A stretch of 63,804 nt of DNA, filler included, from Octopus bimaculoides (GCF_001194135.2; 7 parts of 7 records of this genome joined end to end with filler, not necessarily neighbours in it), one strand, 5' to 3'. Numbered from the whole stretch's first letter, positions 42,200-55,549 are shown. Program-made: numbers and translations. Notes: generated by a model not told the origin, from the letters alone.

Positions 42200-42700
42200 T
42201 CAATTCAGAGTACTTTAGAAGAGTGATGGAGCTGAGCAAACACAAAATCAATGGAAGCAATCTGACCAAAGGCATTAACGATTGGACCGTAGTCATTGTA
42301 CACTACAGTACTGTAGTTATAGAATAAACAAATGAAGATATGGTCAGCGTGAGCAGAAGAAACTGGAAGACAATGGCCATGAACAAATGTCTTAATACTA
42401 GAAGTATGAAGAGATGTGTAGAAGATACGACTAGCAAACACCAACAAGCCATACGAATACCAAAGTCCTATGAATAGCCGATGATCAAGTGAAACTCGGG
42501 TGAGATACGGCAATCTTCATACATAAAATGCTGTGTCGTAATTGACCATCTATCACTCTCGTACATTGACGCAGTAGTACCTACAGATCAGAACATTGCG
42601 ATGACAGAGAATGAGATAACCGAAAGGTATCAAGACGTCGCATTTGAACTGGAGTAAACTCACAAAGACTCAAGAACAAAGACTCGGAAGCATCTCGAAG
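42200..42700 (+). mobile_element. R4/Dong-like LINE post-RT fragment
   Basis: EYFRRVMELSKHKINGSNLTKGINDWTVVIVHYS..*TNEDMVSVSRRNWKTMAM resembles the family motif EYxRRxRKILKSKLNGxNxIKAINTWAVPVxRYS..WT..EL..LDRKTRKxMTM. Confidence 0.7.
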
Positions 42701-42845
42701 AATACTAAATACTAGTATGAGAAGTTGAAACTACCAGATATCATTGAAAGTTCAGAGTTAGCCGGAAAGGGTTGCTTCGCTAAACTACGAGAGGGAGTTG
42801 AGATATGACATATATAATCAAGAACGTCAAAGCTGGAGAGAATTG

Positions 42846-42888
<43 letters not shown>

Positions 42889-43294
42889 CCTTTCTACTAT
42901 AGGCACAAGGCCTGATATTTTGGATGGAGGGTGCTAGTCGATTACGTCGACCCCAGTGCGTAACTGGTACTTATTNNNNNNNNNNNNNNNNNNNNNNNNN
43001 NNNNNNNNNNNNNNNNNNNNNNNNNNNNNNNNNNNNNNNNNNNNNNNNNNNNNNNNNNNNACAATAAAGAGGAGGAGGAGGAGGACCACGAAGATGTCGA
43101 CAAGGATTAGGAGTAAGCAAATAAAAAACTCTCTCTCTTGTCGTTATTCCGAGGACGACTTGGCCTTTCACCCTTTCGGGATCGATAAAATAATTACCAG
43201 TCAAGCACTGGAGTCGATGTAATTGACTAACCCCATCCCCTCAAAATTTCCGGCATTTTGTCTAAAATAGAAAGAATTATGAATTATCAGCAGC

Positions 43295-43371
<77 letters not shown>

Positions 43372-44701
43372 CAACAACAACAGTAGCGTTACATCAAACA
43401 AAAGTAACCAATCTGAAGAAGATTGTAAGTCCCAGCAACGCCACCAGCATTAAACTGTACTACCACAACCACCACTAACAACAAAACAACAACATCGTCA
43501 GCAGCAGCAACAATACCAGTTGCATCAACAATTGTATCATCATCATCATCATCATCATACCATTATCGCCATTGTTAACTTCTCCACCATTGTTATCGTC
43601 AACGTCCTACACCAGCAGCTAATAAAACTAATAAGTGAGCGAAAATATTATATTTAAAATGTAAGACAGATGTTTCATATTGATTAAAGTGTTGAAGAAA
43701 GGATTGATCTGTAGCTACAAAAATCTGTAACTATTCAAATTCATACTAGAACAGCAGGGATTATGAAAGTTTTTTGGTAAAAGAAGTGATAAACCAAAGC
43801 TCTGTTGCTGATTCTGAGGTAAATATTTCTTGGAGAAAACGTAGAAACAATTTCTAAAATGCAAATGTAAAAGTTCCGACTAAATTATGTTTTTTATAGA
43901 CTGTTATTTAACATTTTTTTTTAAATTTATCACTTTCTTAAATCATATTTTCTCATATGCATTTTTTACCATTTTTTGAAAATTCTTATTTCCATCATTG
44001 TAATAATTGATATTCCAAAGAGGATTTGGAATGAAAATAAAAAAAAGAAAAGAATGAAGAATTATTAAGAAAATGATTTAAGGCATGAGATATTGACTTG
44101 GGAAATACAGTTTCCATAATAATTTATATTTATATTGTTCGAGAAATATGCAGACGGTCAGCTTTGAGAAATCAAACAGCAAAGCAGGCTTAGACGATTT
44201 AACGATATTTTTCAAGGAGAATGGGACAATACTGTAACTTCTGTAGGTCATTCAAATTTGGTTGGTGAGTTTTTTTTTAAATTTTCATTGTGTTGTCAGA
44301 TAAATTCCTTCCTTACTTTAATAATTTTTTTTCTTTTCTACTTGGCATTCCATCGTCAAATGTCTGAGAAGAGGCAACATTTACTCAAATTCCACAAGAA
44401 GAAGCAAATGATGTAAAGGCAAAACCTAGCTACAGGAAACTATGAAACACTAATATTTTACATGTTAATTTAAATAACATTGGAAAGAATTGAAATAAAT
44501 TGAGAATGGAGAACGTATATGAATGCATGTATGCGGTGTGTGCATATATATATAACATACATACATGTACATACATACATAACATACATATATATACATA
44601 CATACATACATACATACATCCAAACATACATGCAAACATACATACATACATATATATATATATGATGGATTCCTTTGTATATATATGTATATATATATAT
44701 A

Positions 44702-44754
<53 letters not shown>

Positions 44755-45655
44755 TATATATATGCATATATATGTACGTATATATGTGTGTGTAAATGTA
44801 TATATATATATGCATATACACGTCTCATGATCTAGATATGTATATATTTGTACAAATATAGTCTCCAAATCTGTTTGTATAAATACGTACCTACATATAC
44901 ACATATCTACATACATCGACTTATATGTTTTCATATACATGCGTATATTTCTGAAGTGTTTGTATTGTAAATGCTGCGATCCAATGGGCAAAATCATTCT
45001 ATCCAGTTAATTATGATTCGGTAATTGAAGTGTTAATATAATAATATATGCTTCCGTTTTGTGGTCAAATTATTTCTGCTGAGTTAATTGGTTTTGACTA
45101 TTCATTTATCAGGAGTCATTACGATGAAAGCGGAAAGATTTTATACTTACAAAATATCATGGACTCGTTTCTCCTATTCAGTAATTTTTATCTGCTGGAA
45201 ATATTTTACGTCCTATTATACAAAGCCAATAATCCATTTTTTTTTTGCTTCTTGTGCACGTGGGAGATTTGCTAGGGTACTCAATTACAGACTAAAACCA
45301 AGCCCTTAGATTTTAGCCTCATATAAATTCTCTTAGAAAAGTTGCTTTCGTAATTTTCCGTTAAAAGAATGTCAATGTATGTATAGCGACCCTTGAATGT
45401 ATTTGTAATACTAATTGTTTTCTATAGTTATCAAATATATCATTTATATATCGTATTGCTTAATTGGCACCTTCTTTGTAAGGAACAGTTAGCAGTAATT
45501 CTAGAGTTACATATGTGTGAGCTTTTAGCTGAGAATTCAGTGTAAATGTATTTTGTTTCGGGGTGTTAGTATAAAGAATCTATAAAGAATCTATCGTGTT
45601 TTCTCTTGTTTTGTCTTATATGTGCGAGCATGTATGAAGGTACGTATATAAATGC

Positions 45656-45709
<54 letters not shown>

Positions 45710-46040
45710 AAAGAAAAGACGTGCTTTTTCCTGTCTCCTCTCATGGCTCGTCTACCTAGAGTTCATAATAATTTTTCTATCGTCTTGGCTCAACAGCCCT
45801 CACCGTTTGTTTTTACTGTCTTGTTCTCATTGTCCTGTTCTTGTTAACACTTTCACCCTCCACAAAAAATCCCAAATTTTATTCAATTTGCTTTGCGGGA
45901 AGGACTGTTTCAACGAAGTTGTGTATGGTCCTTGCCTTAGAAACGTGGAGTAGATGAAACAGGGACAACTGACGAAGGAGTATACTTTTTATGTTGCATG
46001 TCTCGTTTCTCTGTTTGTTTGTTTTTTTCGTTGTTCGAAT

Positions 46041-46370
46041 TTACAAAAAAGCAAAAGACAAAGACGGGTGTGTAAATAACAAACAGACGTATTAGTTTAA
46101 CACTCGGGAAGTGAAAAAGTATTTTATGTTTCGAGCCTACGNNNNNNNNNNNNNNNNNNNNNNNNNNNNNNNNNNNNNNNNNNNNTTAATTAATTAANNN
46201 NNNNNNNNNNNNNNNNNNNNNNNNNNNNNNNNNNNNNNNNNATATATAGGGAAAATTCACAAAAAAACAAAAGACGAAGACAGGTGGTGTAGAAAACAAA
46301 CAGATGTATAACGCTCGGGAATTGAAAAAGTCTTTAAAGTTTCGAGCCTACGCTCTTCCTTAGAAAGGAT
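46041..46370 (-). repeat. Direct repeat pair either side of a scaffold linker, with a degenerate hammerhead-like scaffold
   Basis: 46041-46141 and 46259-46352 share ACAAAAAA..AAAGAC..AACAAACAGA..CTCGGGAA..GAAAAAGT..GTTTCGAGCCTACG. Confidence 0.55.
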
Positions 46371-46627
46371 CACAGAAAGAAACAAGGAGAGAAACAAAGA
46401 GAGAAAAAAAATGTGTATAGTGTATAAATATATATATATCATCATCATCATCATCATCATCATCGTTTTCATTGTTTAAAATCCATTTCCCTACTGGCAT
46501 GGGTTGGATGGTTTGACAGGGGCTGGCCAGCTGGAGAGCTATCCAAACTTCAATTGTCTGTTAGGGCATGGCTTCTATTGCTGGATGCCCTTCTTAATGC
46601 CAACCACTTTATGGTTGGTGAAAAATT

Positions 46628-46848
46628 TATGGCGGTGTATTGAACAGATTTTCACCAAATTTAGCAAAAATACTCATAACCCTAACCCTAACCCTAACCC
46701 TAAAACCCGAACCCTAACCCTAACCCTAAAGCTAAAACCAGTACAAACACATGAATGATGTCATAAATAACAGTACCACCGATAGTTGTTGTTGACAAAC
46801 AACGGCAGTCATTTTATTCAAGGGAAAAGATCCCATTACACCGCCACA
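46628..46848. mobile_element. Small TIR-bounded element containing (TAACCC)n telomere-type repeats
   Basis: TATGGCGGTGTATTG (46628-42) and CATTACACCGCCACA (46834-48) are inverted with 2 mismatches. About 8 TAACCC-like units lie at 46677-46730. Confidence 0.65.
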
Positions 46849-47306
46849 CCATGTTGTTGACTAACCACAGCAGTAATTGTTTTCGCCTCAATAGACGTCA
46901 GTGATTGGTTGAAATTACCGAAATACGACAACTTTTAACGTGAAATAACTTCGAATATAAAATTTTTTCTCTGTTCTATAAGTATACGAAGTTTTAATGT
47001 GTTTCGGTAGAAAACAAACTAAATTTTTAAAATGGTGTCCGCCAAATCAGAAGGATGTTGGAATGCTGGCAAACAATTGAATGATCGTGCAAACAATTAA
47101 AGAAAAAGGAAGTAAAAGAAATTCTAAGCTTGTATTTTGTATAGAATATATAGCACTTGAAAGTAATCAACTGAGTCAATTTCGGCAGAGTAGGACTAGG
47201 ATGACATACACAAATTTCCATCTGTGCTTATATATAAGCATGCAGACACAGATGTGCAAGCACACACACATACAGACACACACACGCACACACACACACA
47301 CACATA

Positions 47307-47359
<53 letters not shown>

Positions 47360-47968
47360 GCTAGCTATGTTTAATCTTCTCAAATCCTCTCTGAGGTTAA
47401 AAAGAAAATCTCAATCAAAAGTTGACCCCAAAATAAAAGAGATGGTAAACATCCCTGGGGAGTCATGTGTAATATTTTATAGAAACAAGTTTGATGAATG
47501 ATATACAACAGACATTAAAGTGTATATGTGGGTGAGGGTAACAAACAGTTCAGTATGTAAAGGTTAAGGGAGCAGCAAAATGTTACTAAAAAGGACAGTA
47601 GCTTCAACATCCTTTAAAACAAAATTTCTCCCCCTACCACCTCACTACCACCACCACCACCATCATGCTATTTTATTTCTCTGCAAACATGTTGCTGCTG
47701 CTGTTTAGCCTCAGGTCAATTGAACAGACCTGTCCCTTCTGTTTAGGGGTATTTAAGACTGTAATTATCTAGGGAGTCTTTTTGACATGATAGTAGAGTG
47801 TAGTTTGAGGATGGACTGGCTGCTATTTCATGGACTTGAGCAGGCACCAGATAAAGGCCCACTTGGTTTCATGTAAACATGTGGAAAAACAATTTAAAGC
47901 AGGACCAGAAACTTTATATACACATATGTATACAAATATATATATACACACATACTTCTTGTATATGA

Positions 47969-48026
<58 letters not shown>

Positions 48027-48564
48027 GCACATATATGTGTGAGTGTGTGTGTGTACATGAGTGTGTATATACATATACACTCACACACACACATATATAA
48101 AAACATGCATACATATATATGCATATTACATATACATGTATACATAATGAATACATACACATATGAATGTGTGTGTGTGTGCGTGTTATATACACATACA
48201 TGCACTTATATATAATATAATGCATATATACATATAACACATACATATATGGAGGTTATGAAATACATTAAGAAAAATAAATGTCATATTGATGTTATAC
48301 TGAATGGCCACAAACATTAATGCATTAAACAGAGATGCTTTGCAGAATTTAGTTATGACCCTATACATTCTAAGTTCAAATTCAACCAAGGTCAAGTTGA
48401 TAAGATAAAATGTATATATATATAGTCAAATACCTACAGTCAATATAATTGTCTTACACCTTCCTCACAAATTTCTGGCCTTGTGTTTATGTAAGAAATA
48501 ATTCCATTTAATATATGTTCATAAATATATATATGCATTTGATTTATATATATAAATCATTATA

Positions 48565-48930
48565 GGCATAGGCACGGCTGTGTGGTAAGAAGCTTGCTTC
48601 TCAACCACACGGTTCTGGGTTCGGTCCCACAGCGTGGTACCTTGAGCCAACCCAAAGCCTTGTGAGTGGATTTGGTTGAAAGAAGCTCATCATATATATA
48701 TATGTATATGCTTGTGTGTGTGTGTTTGTGTCCCTTCCATCATTTAACAACCGATGCTGGTGTGTTTATGCCTCCGTAACTTAATGGTCCAGTAAAAGAG
48801 ACTGATATAATAAATACTGGGCTTACAAAGAATAAGTCCTGGGGTTGATTTGTTCGACTAAAACCCCTTAAAGTAGTGCTCCAGCATAGTCACAATCAAA
48901 TGACTGAAACAAGTAAAATAATGAAAGAAA
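48565..48930 (+). mobile_element. tRNA-derived CORE-like SINE (here family B), full-length copy
   Basis: Head GGCTGTGTGGTAAGAAGCTTGCTTC..GGTTCGGTCCCAC, a central microsatellite, and tail AATAAGTACTAGGC..GTGCTCCAGCAT..TGACTGAAACAAGTAAAA. Other copies carry the MIR/CORE-like GGCACCTTGGGCAAGTG: about 12446-12600, 24020-25120, 25810-26100, 26855-27210, 36620-36990, 51790-53075, 53470-54090, 54240-55180, 58045-58330 and 61630-61792. Confidence 0.8.
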
Positions 48931-50089
48931 AGAATGTGTTTGTATATATGATTTGTACATATGTTAATATATAGGGACTACATGTAAGTAAGCTAATAGT
49001 GACTACTTAAATGTAAATCTTATGTGTTCTTAAGAGACTGTGTGCATATAAATATATACAGTGGCTTTATCACATTACATTAATTTATAAGGGCCCTAAC
49101 ATGACAGACAAAACCCCCAAGGTAGGTTTAGCCTAAGTACAAATGCAGAAAACTGGACTTACCATCTGCAGAAAGAGTGATGTGAGGACATCACTGGCTA
49201 CTACTCCACAGTTTGATAAGTTAAAAAAAAAACACTAAACAGATTAAGTGGGATAGAAAGGACAAGATGATGGCTGGTGATGGCTATGTAAATGGGTGGC
49301 AGGGTGCCAGAGAGGAGAGGTAGAAAGATAGAAAAGTGGGGAAGGAATGAAGAGGGAGAGAGAGATAAAGAGAGGGAGACAATGATATTGAAGGTGATAG
49401 TGATTAGGATGATGGTGATAGTGATGGGGATGGTGATAGGAAGATGATGGGAATGGTAGTAGTGGTGGGAAAGACAGAAAAGAAACTAACCAGGAGATAA
49501 CAAAATCAAGGATAGTGACATCTACCAGAAGTGGTGATGGTTTAGGGGAGTGCAGGGGAGATAGATGTAAATGTGAAAATATATTTGGAAGTTGTAGTAG
49601 AGGGTGGGAGGTATTGAGAAATAACTTGTTTCAATATTGAGAAAGTGTTATATGTGTGTGTGTCTGTTCATCTAATTACTACAGTACATATAGATATATG
49701 AGAACGCCAAGAAGGGGTCATCAACATGGTTGTGTAATCTACTAAAAATAGCAGCCAAAATCCCTCAAATTAAACTTTATCCTTCTAAGAAATGAAGGAT
49801 AAATACTGTGTATGTGACACAAATAACGAAATTGTGGCCAAGATGATGATCAACCCTGCTGCTTCTATTTGCCAGGAAGGGAAACAGTTTACCCTCTGTC
49901 TGGGGGACATGATGGAAGTAGTTGTATACTGGATGCAACTGAAGGGACTAAAGACAAATACTTTCCTTTTCAACCAAGCCTTTTCCTCTTCAAGTCAAGC
50001 CTTTATTGACATTTGGAGAGGAAGATGAAGGGATAGAGAGGGAGGTGATGCTTTGTGTGAATGGAAGTACTCTCAGCATGAGCCTTTAA

Positions 50090-50315
50090 CTCTTTCTATA
50101 CCAACCAGTCTGAAACCAACTCTGGCTCTGTAGTACAAATGTCTTGCTTCTCTAAGTTCTAAATTAAAATCTTGCACCAAACCTTAGTCACAATTTATGT
50201 TCCTAACACTAACTAGCTTAATGATAAAAAAGTTATTTTACTAAATTTTTTGTTATATTTAAAATTAATCGAAACAAACACAGAGCATCTCAAAATAAAT
50301 AGGGTAATGAAAGGG
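50090..50315. mobile_element. piggyBac-like MITE
   Basis: TTAA|CTCTTTCTATAC ... GTAATGAAAGGG|TTAA, i.e. a TTAA TSD with imperfect CCCTTT-type TIRs. Confidence 0.7.
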
Positions 50316-50560
50316 TTAAGCTCAGGGAACACATCTGAAAGAGGGTTCTTACTCTTGATAGAGTGATCTTGGGGGGAAGACAGTAGTCTTCCTGTTGGAT
50401 CAGAAATATATTTTATTTACTGAATATACCATCACTTTTCATGTCACATTTTTATGTAAAAATGCAAACAATTATTAATCTGTCATTATAATGTCCTCAT
50501 CTATGGCCCATGGAGTAAATAAATCATTATTATTGTGGGCTGTAGATTGGCAGAATTGTT

Positions 50561-51272
50561 GGATCTTTTCTGTTTGGCTGCCACTTTTCAATTGTTTCAA
50601 TTTCTATTCCAACTGATTTCATATTTGGTGTAATGGTGTAGTTTTCTATGCTAATCATTGGCCTAAATTTCATTTTCACTATAAATCAATAAATAAAAAG
50701 TTAATAGCTTTTAAAGTTTTGGGTAATTTTAGCCAATCGAAAGCCAGACACATTCATGCCTGTTTTCATAGTAACAAGTCAAGCATGAAAATCCTTTTGT
50801 CTGCAAGAAAGCACATATTGGCAAATATATTCTACTCATTGAGGTGGCTGTGAAATGTACTAAAAATAACAGCTAAATAGGCCTTAAATCATGCACAACC
50901 AAATTTTTTGGTTTGATTTTTGCATAATTGTATGAATTGTGCGTGAAGAATACAAATTCACAAAAATTTTCTGAAAATTCCACAAAAAATAAAAATGTTA
51001 CAAGAGGTTATATGGTGTGCATAATGCAGAATTCCACCAATATTTCATTTGCTTACAGTTGACAATTCATGCTGTCACACACACAAAGCAACAGCTTCCA
51101 AATCCTGTTTTTTTTGAGAGAGTAAAAATGATCAAACTTTAAACCTCTGTAACTATCANNNNNNNNNNATATCTCCTGAGGTTTGGTGTAGAAAATTACA
51201 TCAATACACCAAATTTTAAAATTTCCTCTAAACTTTAGAATTTCCACAGGTGCAGCCAAACAGAAAAGATCC
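50561..51272. mobile_element. Non-autonomous DNA transposon with 21-bp perfect TIRs
   Basis: GGATCTTTTCTGTTTGGCTGC (50561-81) and GCAGCCAAACAGAAAAGATCC (51252-72) bound an AT-rich interior. No clear TSD. Confidence 0.7.
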
Positions 51273-54189
51273 TAAAGTACCAGTCAAGTACTAGATGGAG
51301 TCAATTACATTGGCAACTCTCACCCACCTTCAAAATTGCTGACTTTGCACCTTAATTAGAAATTATTAGGTGTAGGAGTAGCATTGCTATTTTTATGGTC
51401 ATCTTCAACACCATCCTCCTATTATATACACCATCATCTCCCTCACTGTCAACATTTTTATTATGAAATAACAAAAAAAAAAGGAAAATGAAAATGCTTG
51501 AAGCTAAAAATAAAGCAGCCTGGTGAATAAAAAAAAGGCTGTAGGTGAGGGAAGTTGAAAATAGAGAGAGTAAGAGAGAAGAAGGTTGGAGAAAGACAAT
51601 AACAGAGAAAGAAAGATAAGATGAGTGGAGAAAGAGAGAGAGAGAGAGATTAATAAGGAGTGGAGAAAGAGATAGAGAAAGCAGATGGGTAAAACAGGGT
51701 TTATATTTTGATAATGTGTAAGGTAGTGAATTAGGACAGAAACAGAAGGGACAATACTCATTTACATATAATCTCTCTCTCATATGTGTAAATCTTTTAT
51801 CTTTTACTTGTTTCAGTCATAAGGCTGTGGCCATTCTGGGGCACCACCTTGAATTTTTAGTCAAATAGATCAAGCCCAGTGCATTTTTTTTTTCTTTAAA
51901 GGCTGGTACTTATTCTATTGGTCTCTTTTGCTGAGCAGCTAAGTTGTAAACAGACCACCACCGATTGAGTGGGGGACAAACACAGATGTATGCAGACACA
52001 TGCACACACACACACACATGCACACACACACACACACACACACACATACATGGACATGCACGTGCACACATGTAAATCATCAGCCAGGTGCCATCCTCAT
52101 GTCTTGCCAAAACACACACTGTGTGTGTACATGTGTATATGCAGAGTGAGAGAGAGAGAGAGAATGGGTGTAATGTAGACAGTGATAAAAAGAATGGAAG
52201 AGAGAGACTTTTTGATCTTGTACATTTATTTCTTTTACTTATTGTCCCCCCCCCTCCCCCGTTGCTAATCAGTAGCAGATAAAATTACATGATTTGATTG
52301 GTTAGAAAAAAATAGAATTATGTGTAACTGAGCAGGGGCAGTGAAATACTTTAAATAATACATGGTGAAGATAATGTTAAAATTGGAGTAACCTATAGTG
52401 TAAAAAGAAGCAAAAAATATGAATGATTGTTTAGAGTAAGGGATATCAAACATACAGCCTATGGTAATGTTTCATCTGGACCTGGTACAATTATATATAA
52501 AAAAATTATAATTGCTATTATAATTTAATTTTAAAACATTCTGTAAAGTATTTATCACTGGCATAGACATGGAGGTGTGGTTAAGGAGATTGCTTTGAAG
52601 ATATGTGGTTTTGGGTTCAGTCCCACTGTGCAGAAACTTTGGACAATGTCTTCTACAATAGCACCAGGATGACCTTTATCTTTTACTTGTTTCAGCCATT
52701 TTACTGTGGCTATGCTGGGACACTGCTTTGATAGGTTTTAGTTCAACAAATTGACTTAGGTCTTATTTTTTAAAGCCTAGTACTTATTCTATCAGTCACT
52801 TTTGTCAAACCGCTAAGTTACGGGGACATAAACACATCACCACTGGTTGTCAAGCAGTGGTGGGAACAAACACAGATGAAGAGACATACACATAGATATA
52901 TACATACATATATACGATGGTTTCTGTCAGTTTCTATCTACCAAATCTACTCACAAGGCTTTGGTTGGCTTGAGGTTATAGTAAAAGGCACATGCCCAAG
53001 GTACCACACAGTGGGATTGAACCCAGAATCATGAGGTTGGGAAGCAAGCTTCTTACCACACAATCGTGCCAGTGCCTATAACCTAGTTCTATTTCCCAGA
53101 TGAAAACTGTTTCATTACACTTGCAGAATATCATATTTTGCAAATCAAACATACGCACTATATATTTGGTTTTCACTTCAGCATTATCATTATTATTATT
53201 ATTATTATTATTATTAGTTTAGTTTCTTTGTCAAAGCTCTTTTGTCACACACATCCAGTAAACTCTTCAGTGACTCTTTATCCCATGTGTCTCCTCTTGT
53301 TCTGTTTGACCATTCCCAAATATAACAATGTTTCAACACAAGATTTCACATCAAGAATCTTGCAAAACAAACACATCAACATCAAACCATTTCCTTTCTG
53401 TTAAACCCAGGAGTTCCAAAACTGGAGTGCCTACACCTTCAGAGACTGTAACAAAGACAAGGCATACTCTTTTACTCTTTTACTTGTTTCAGTCATTTGA
53501 CTGCGGCCATGCTGGAGCACCACCTTTAGTCAAGCAAATCGACCCCAGGACTTATTCTTTGGATGCCTAGTACTTATTCTATCGGTCTCTTTTGCCGAAC
53601 CGCTAAGTTACGAGGACCTAAACACACCAGCATCGGTTGTCAAGCGATATTGCGGGGGACAAACACAGACACACAAACACAGACACACACATACAAACAC
53701 ATATATATATNNNNNNNNNNNNNNNNNNNNNNNNNNNNNNNNNNNNNNNNNNNNNNNNNNNNNNNNNNNNNNNNNNNNNNNNNNNNNNNNNNNNNNNNNN
53801 NNNNNNNNNNNNNNNNNNNNNNNNNNNNNNNNNNNNNNNNNCATCCGGTTTCACCAGTCCTCAGTCAAATCGTCCAACCCATGCTAGCATGGAAAGCGGA
53901 CGTTAAACGATGATGATGATGATGATGATGATATACGACGGGCTTCTTTCAGTTTCCGTCTACCAAATCCATTCACAAGGCTTTGGTCGGCCCGAGGCTA
54001 TAATAGAAGACGCTTGCCCCAAGATGCCACACAGGGGGAATGAACCCGGAACCATGTGGTTGGTAAACAAGCTACTTACCACACAACTTTATTAAAATCA
54101 CCGTTCAGGTTAAATTTAACTAAGTCTTAAAACAACCTCATTCTTCTCAACACACCAAGAGCTTTATTTTTCTACATAAGTACATTTAA

Positions 54190-54960
54190 CCCTTCAACAT
54201 TCAAATTACTGTCAAATGTAATGCTTATTTATTTACATTTATCTTTTATCTTTCACTTGGTTCAGTCATGTGACTGCAGTCATGCTGGGGCACTGCCTTG
54301 AAGGGTTTTAGTTGAACTGATATCAACACCAGAACTTATTTTTTAAGCCTAGTACTTATTCTCTCAGACCCTTTTGACAAACTGCTATGTTACAGGGACT
54401 TAAACAAACCAATACCAGTTGGTGGGAGGAAAAATGCAGTCACAAAGATACACACACGCACACACACACACACATATGCCTCATCAAGGGATTATAATAT
54501 CCAATGAATTTATTGGTTTATTACCTAATATTTGTTTTGAATATTAATTACAACACTCATAAATAATAGGTAATTAGTTAAACCGAGCTTTATATTTATT
54601 TAAGAAAAATAAGAAAATAGAGATTAATCAATTAATAATTATATTTACTAATTGCAAAAATAGACATAGTCCCTGACAGCTGTTTCAATTCAGACTTTAG
54701 AAATTTTAATTGAAATAATTAAAATCATTATAAAGTAGAAACTCATCGGAGATAGCTGAAATGTTCCATACACTTAACACATAAAAATGTCATGGTATAT
54801 TTCTTTTTCTACCTCTGACAAGATTCTACTTTATAATGATTTAATTATTTCAATTAAAATTCTTGAAGTCTGAATCAAAACAGCTGTCAGGGATTATGTC
54901 TATTTTTGCAATTAATAAATATAATTATTAACTGATTAATCCCACTTTTCTTATTTTTCT

Positions 54961-55004
<44 letters not shown>

Positions 55005-55365
55005 CACATACATATGGCAGCCTTCTTTCAGTTTCTGTTAACCAAATCCACTCACAAGGCTTTAGTCAGCCCGAGGTTATAGTAAAAGACACTTGCCCAA
55101 GGTGCCATGCAGTGGGAATGAACCCAGAACCATGTGGTTAGGAAGCAAACCCCTTAACAAACAGCATACTTGCACCTGTTTTGAATTAATCATGCTTTAT
55201 CTTATAGCCTTGACATTTCAATAATATGATTCTTTAGTTTTATAATGACATTGTAGGATAAGCATGAGAGGCCAGAGGTAGAAATATTTGGGCCTGATAT
55301 GGCTATTTGAACATACAATAGGTAGAATATTTGGTCCTCATTTGGCCAGTTTAAATGCTAAAGAG
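54190..55365. mobile_element. piggyBac-like MITE split by a nested SINE B and foldback
   Basis: TTAA|CCCTTCAACATTC ... AATGCTAAAGAG|TTAA. Its two halves rejoin to match the uninterrupted reverse-orientation copy at about 29225-29392. Confidence 0.7.
54601..54962. repeat. Long inverted repeat (foldback), about 140-bp arms and 85-bp spacer
   Basis: Left arm TAAGAAAAATAAGAAAA..GACAGCTGTTT..TAAAGTAGAA (54601-54740) is the near reverse complement of TTCTACTTTA..AACAGCTGTC..TTTTCTTATTTTTCTTA (54824-54962). Confidence 0.85.
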
Positions 55366-55549
55366 TTAATCTTTAAAGAGATTATGACCAAGGAATATAC
55401 TCACTCCAACAACATACTCATTTTGTAAATCAAGACAAAATTACTTGAATCCAAGAAGACTTGAACACAATCAGAAAGAAATTTCCATGTTTTGATAGTC
55501 TTGGATGAGAAGGAGAAACAAAGAAGACACTGAATTTTATGTTTTAGAA

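Noticed and set aside
43750-45180. Plus-strand three-exon chain (43750-43818, 44180-44264, 45113-45180) with consistent phases
   Set aside because: The second acceptor has no pyrimidine tract, the exons are short and the peptide resembles nothing I know. It is easily obtained by chance.
49785-50030. 78-aa and 62-aa overlapping ORFs in a complex-looking region
   Set aside because: No recognisable domain or splice context. It looks like part of an old interspersed repeat that I could not assign.
51225-51275. GSFLFGCTCG on the minus strand, resembling Cav3 GMNLFGCKFC (turret exon)
   Set aside because: A stop follows five codons later, and the sequence is the TIR of the 50561-51272 element.
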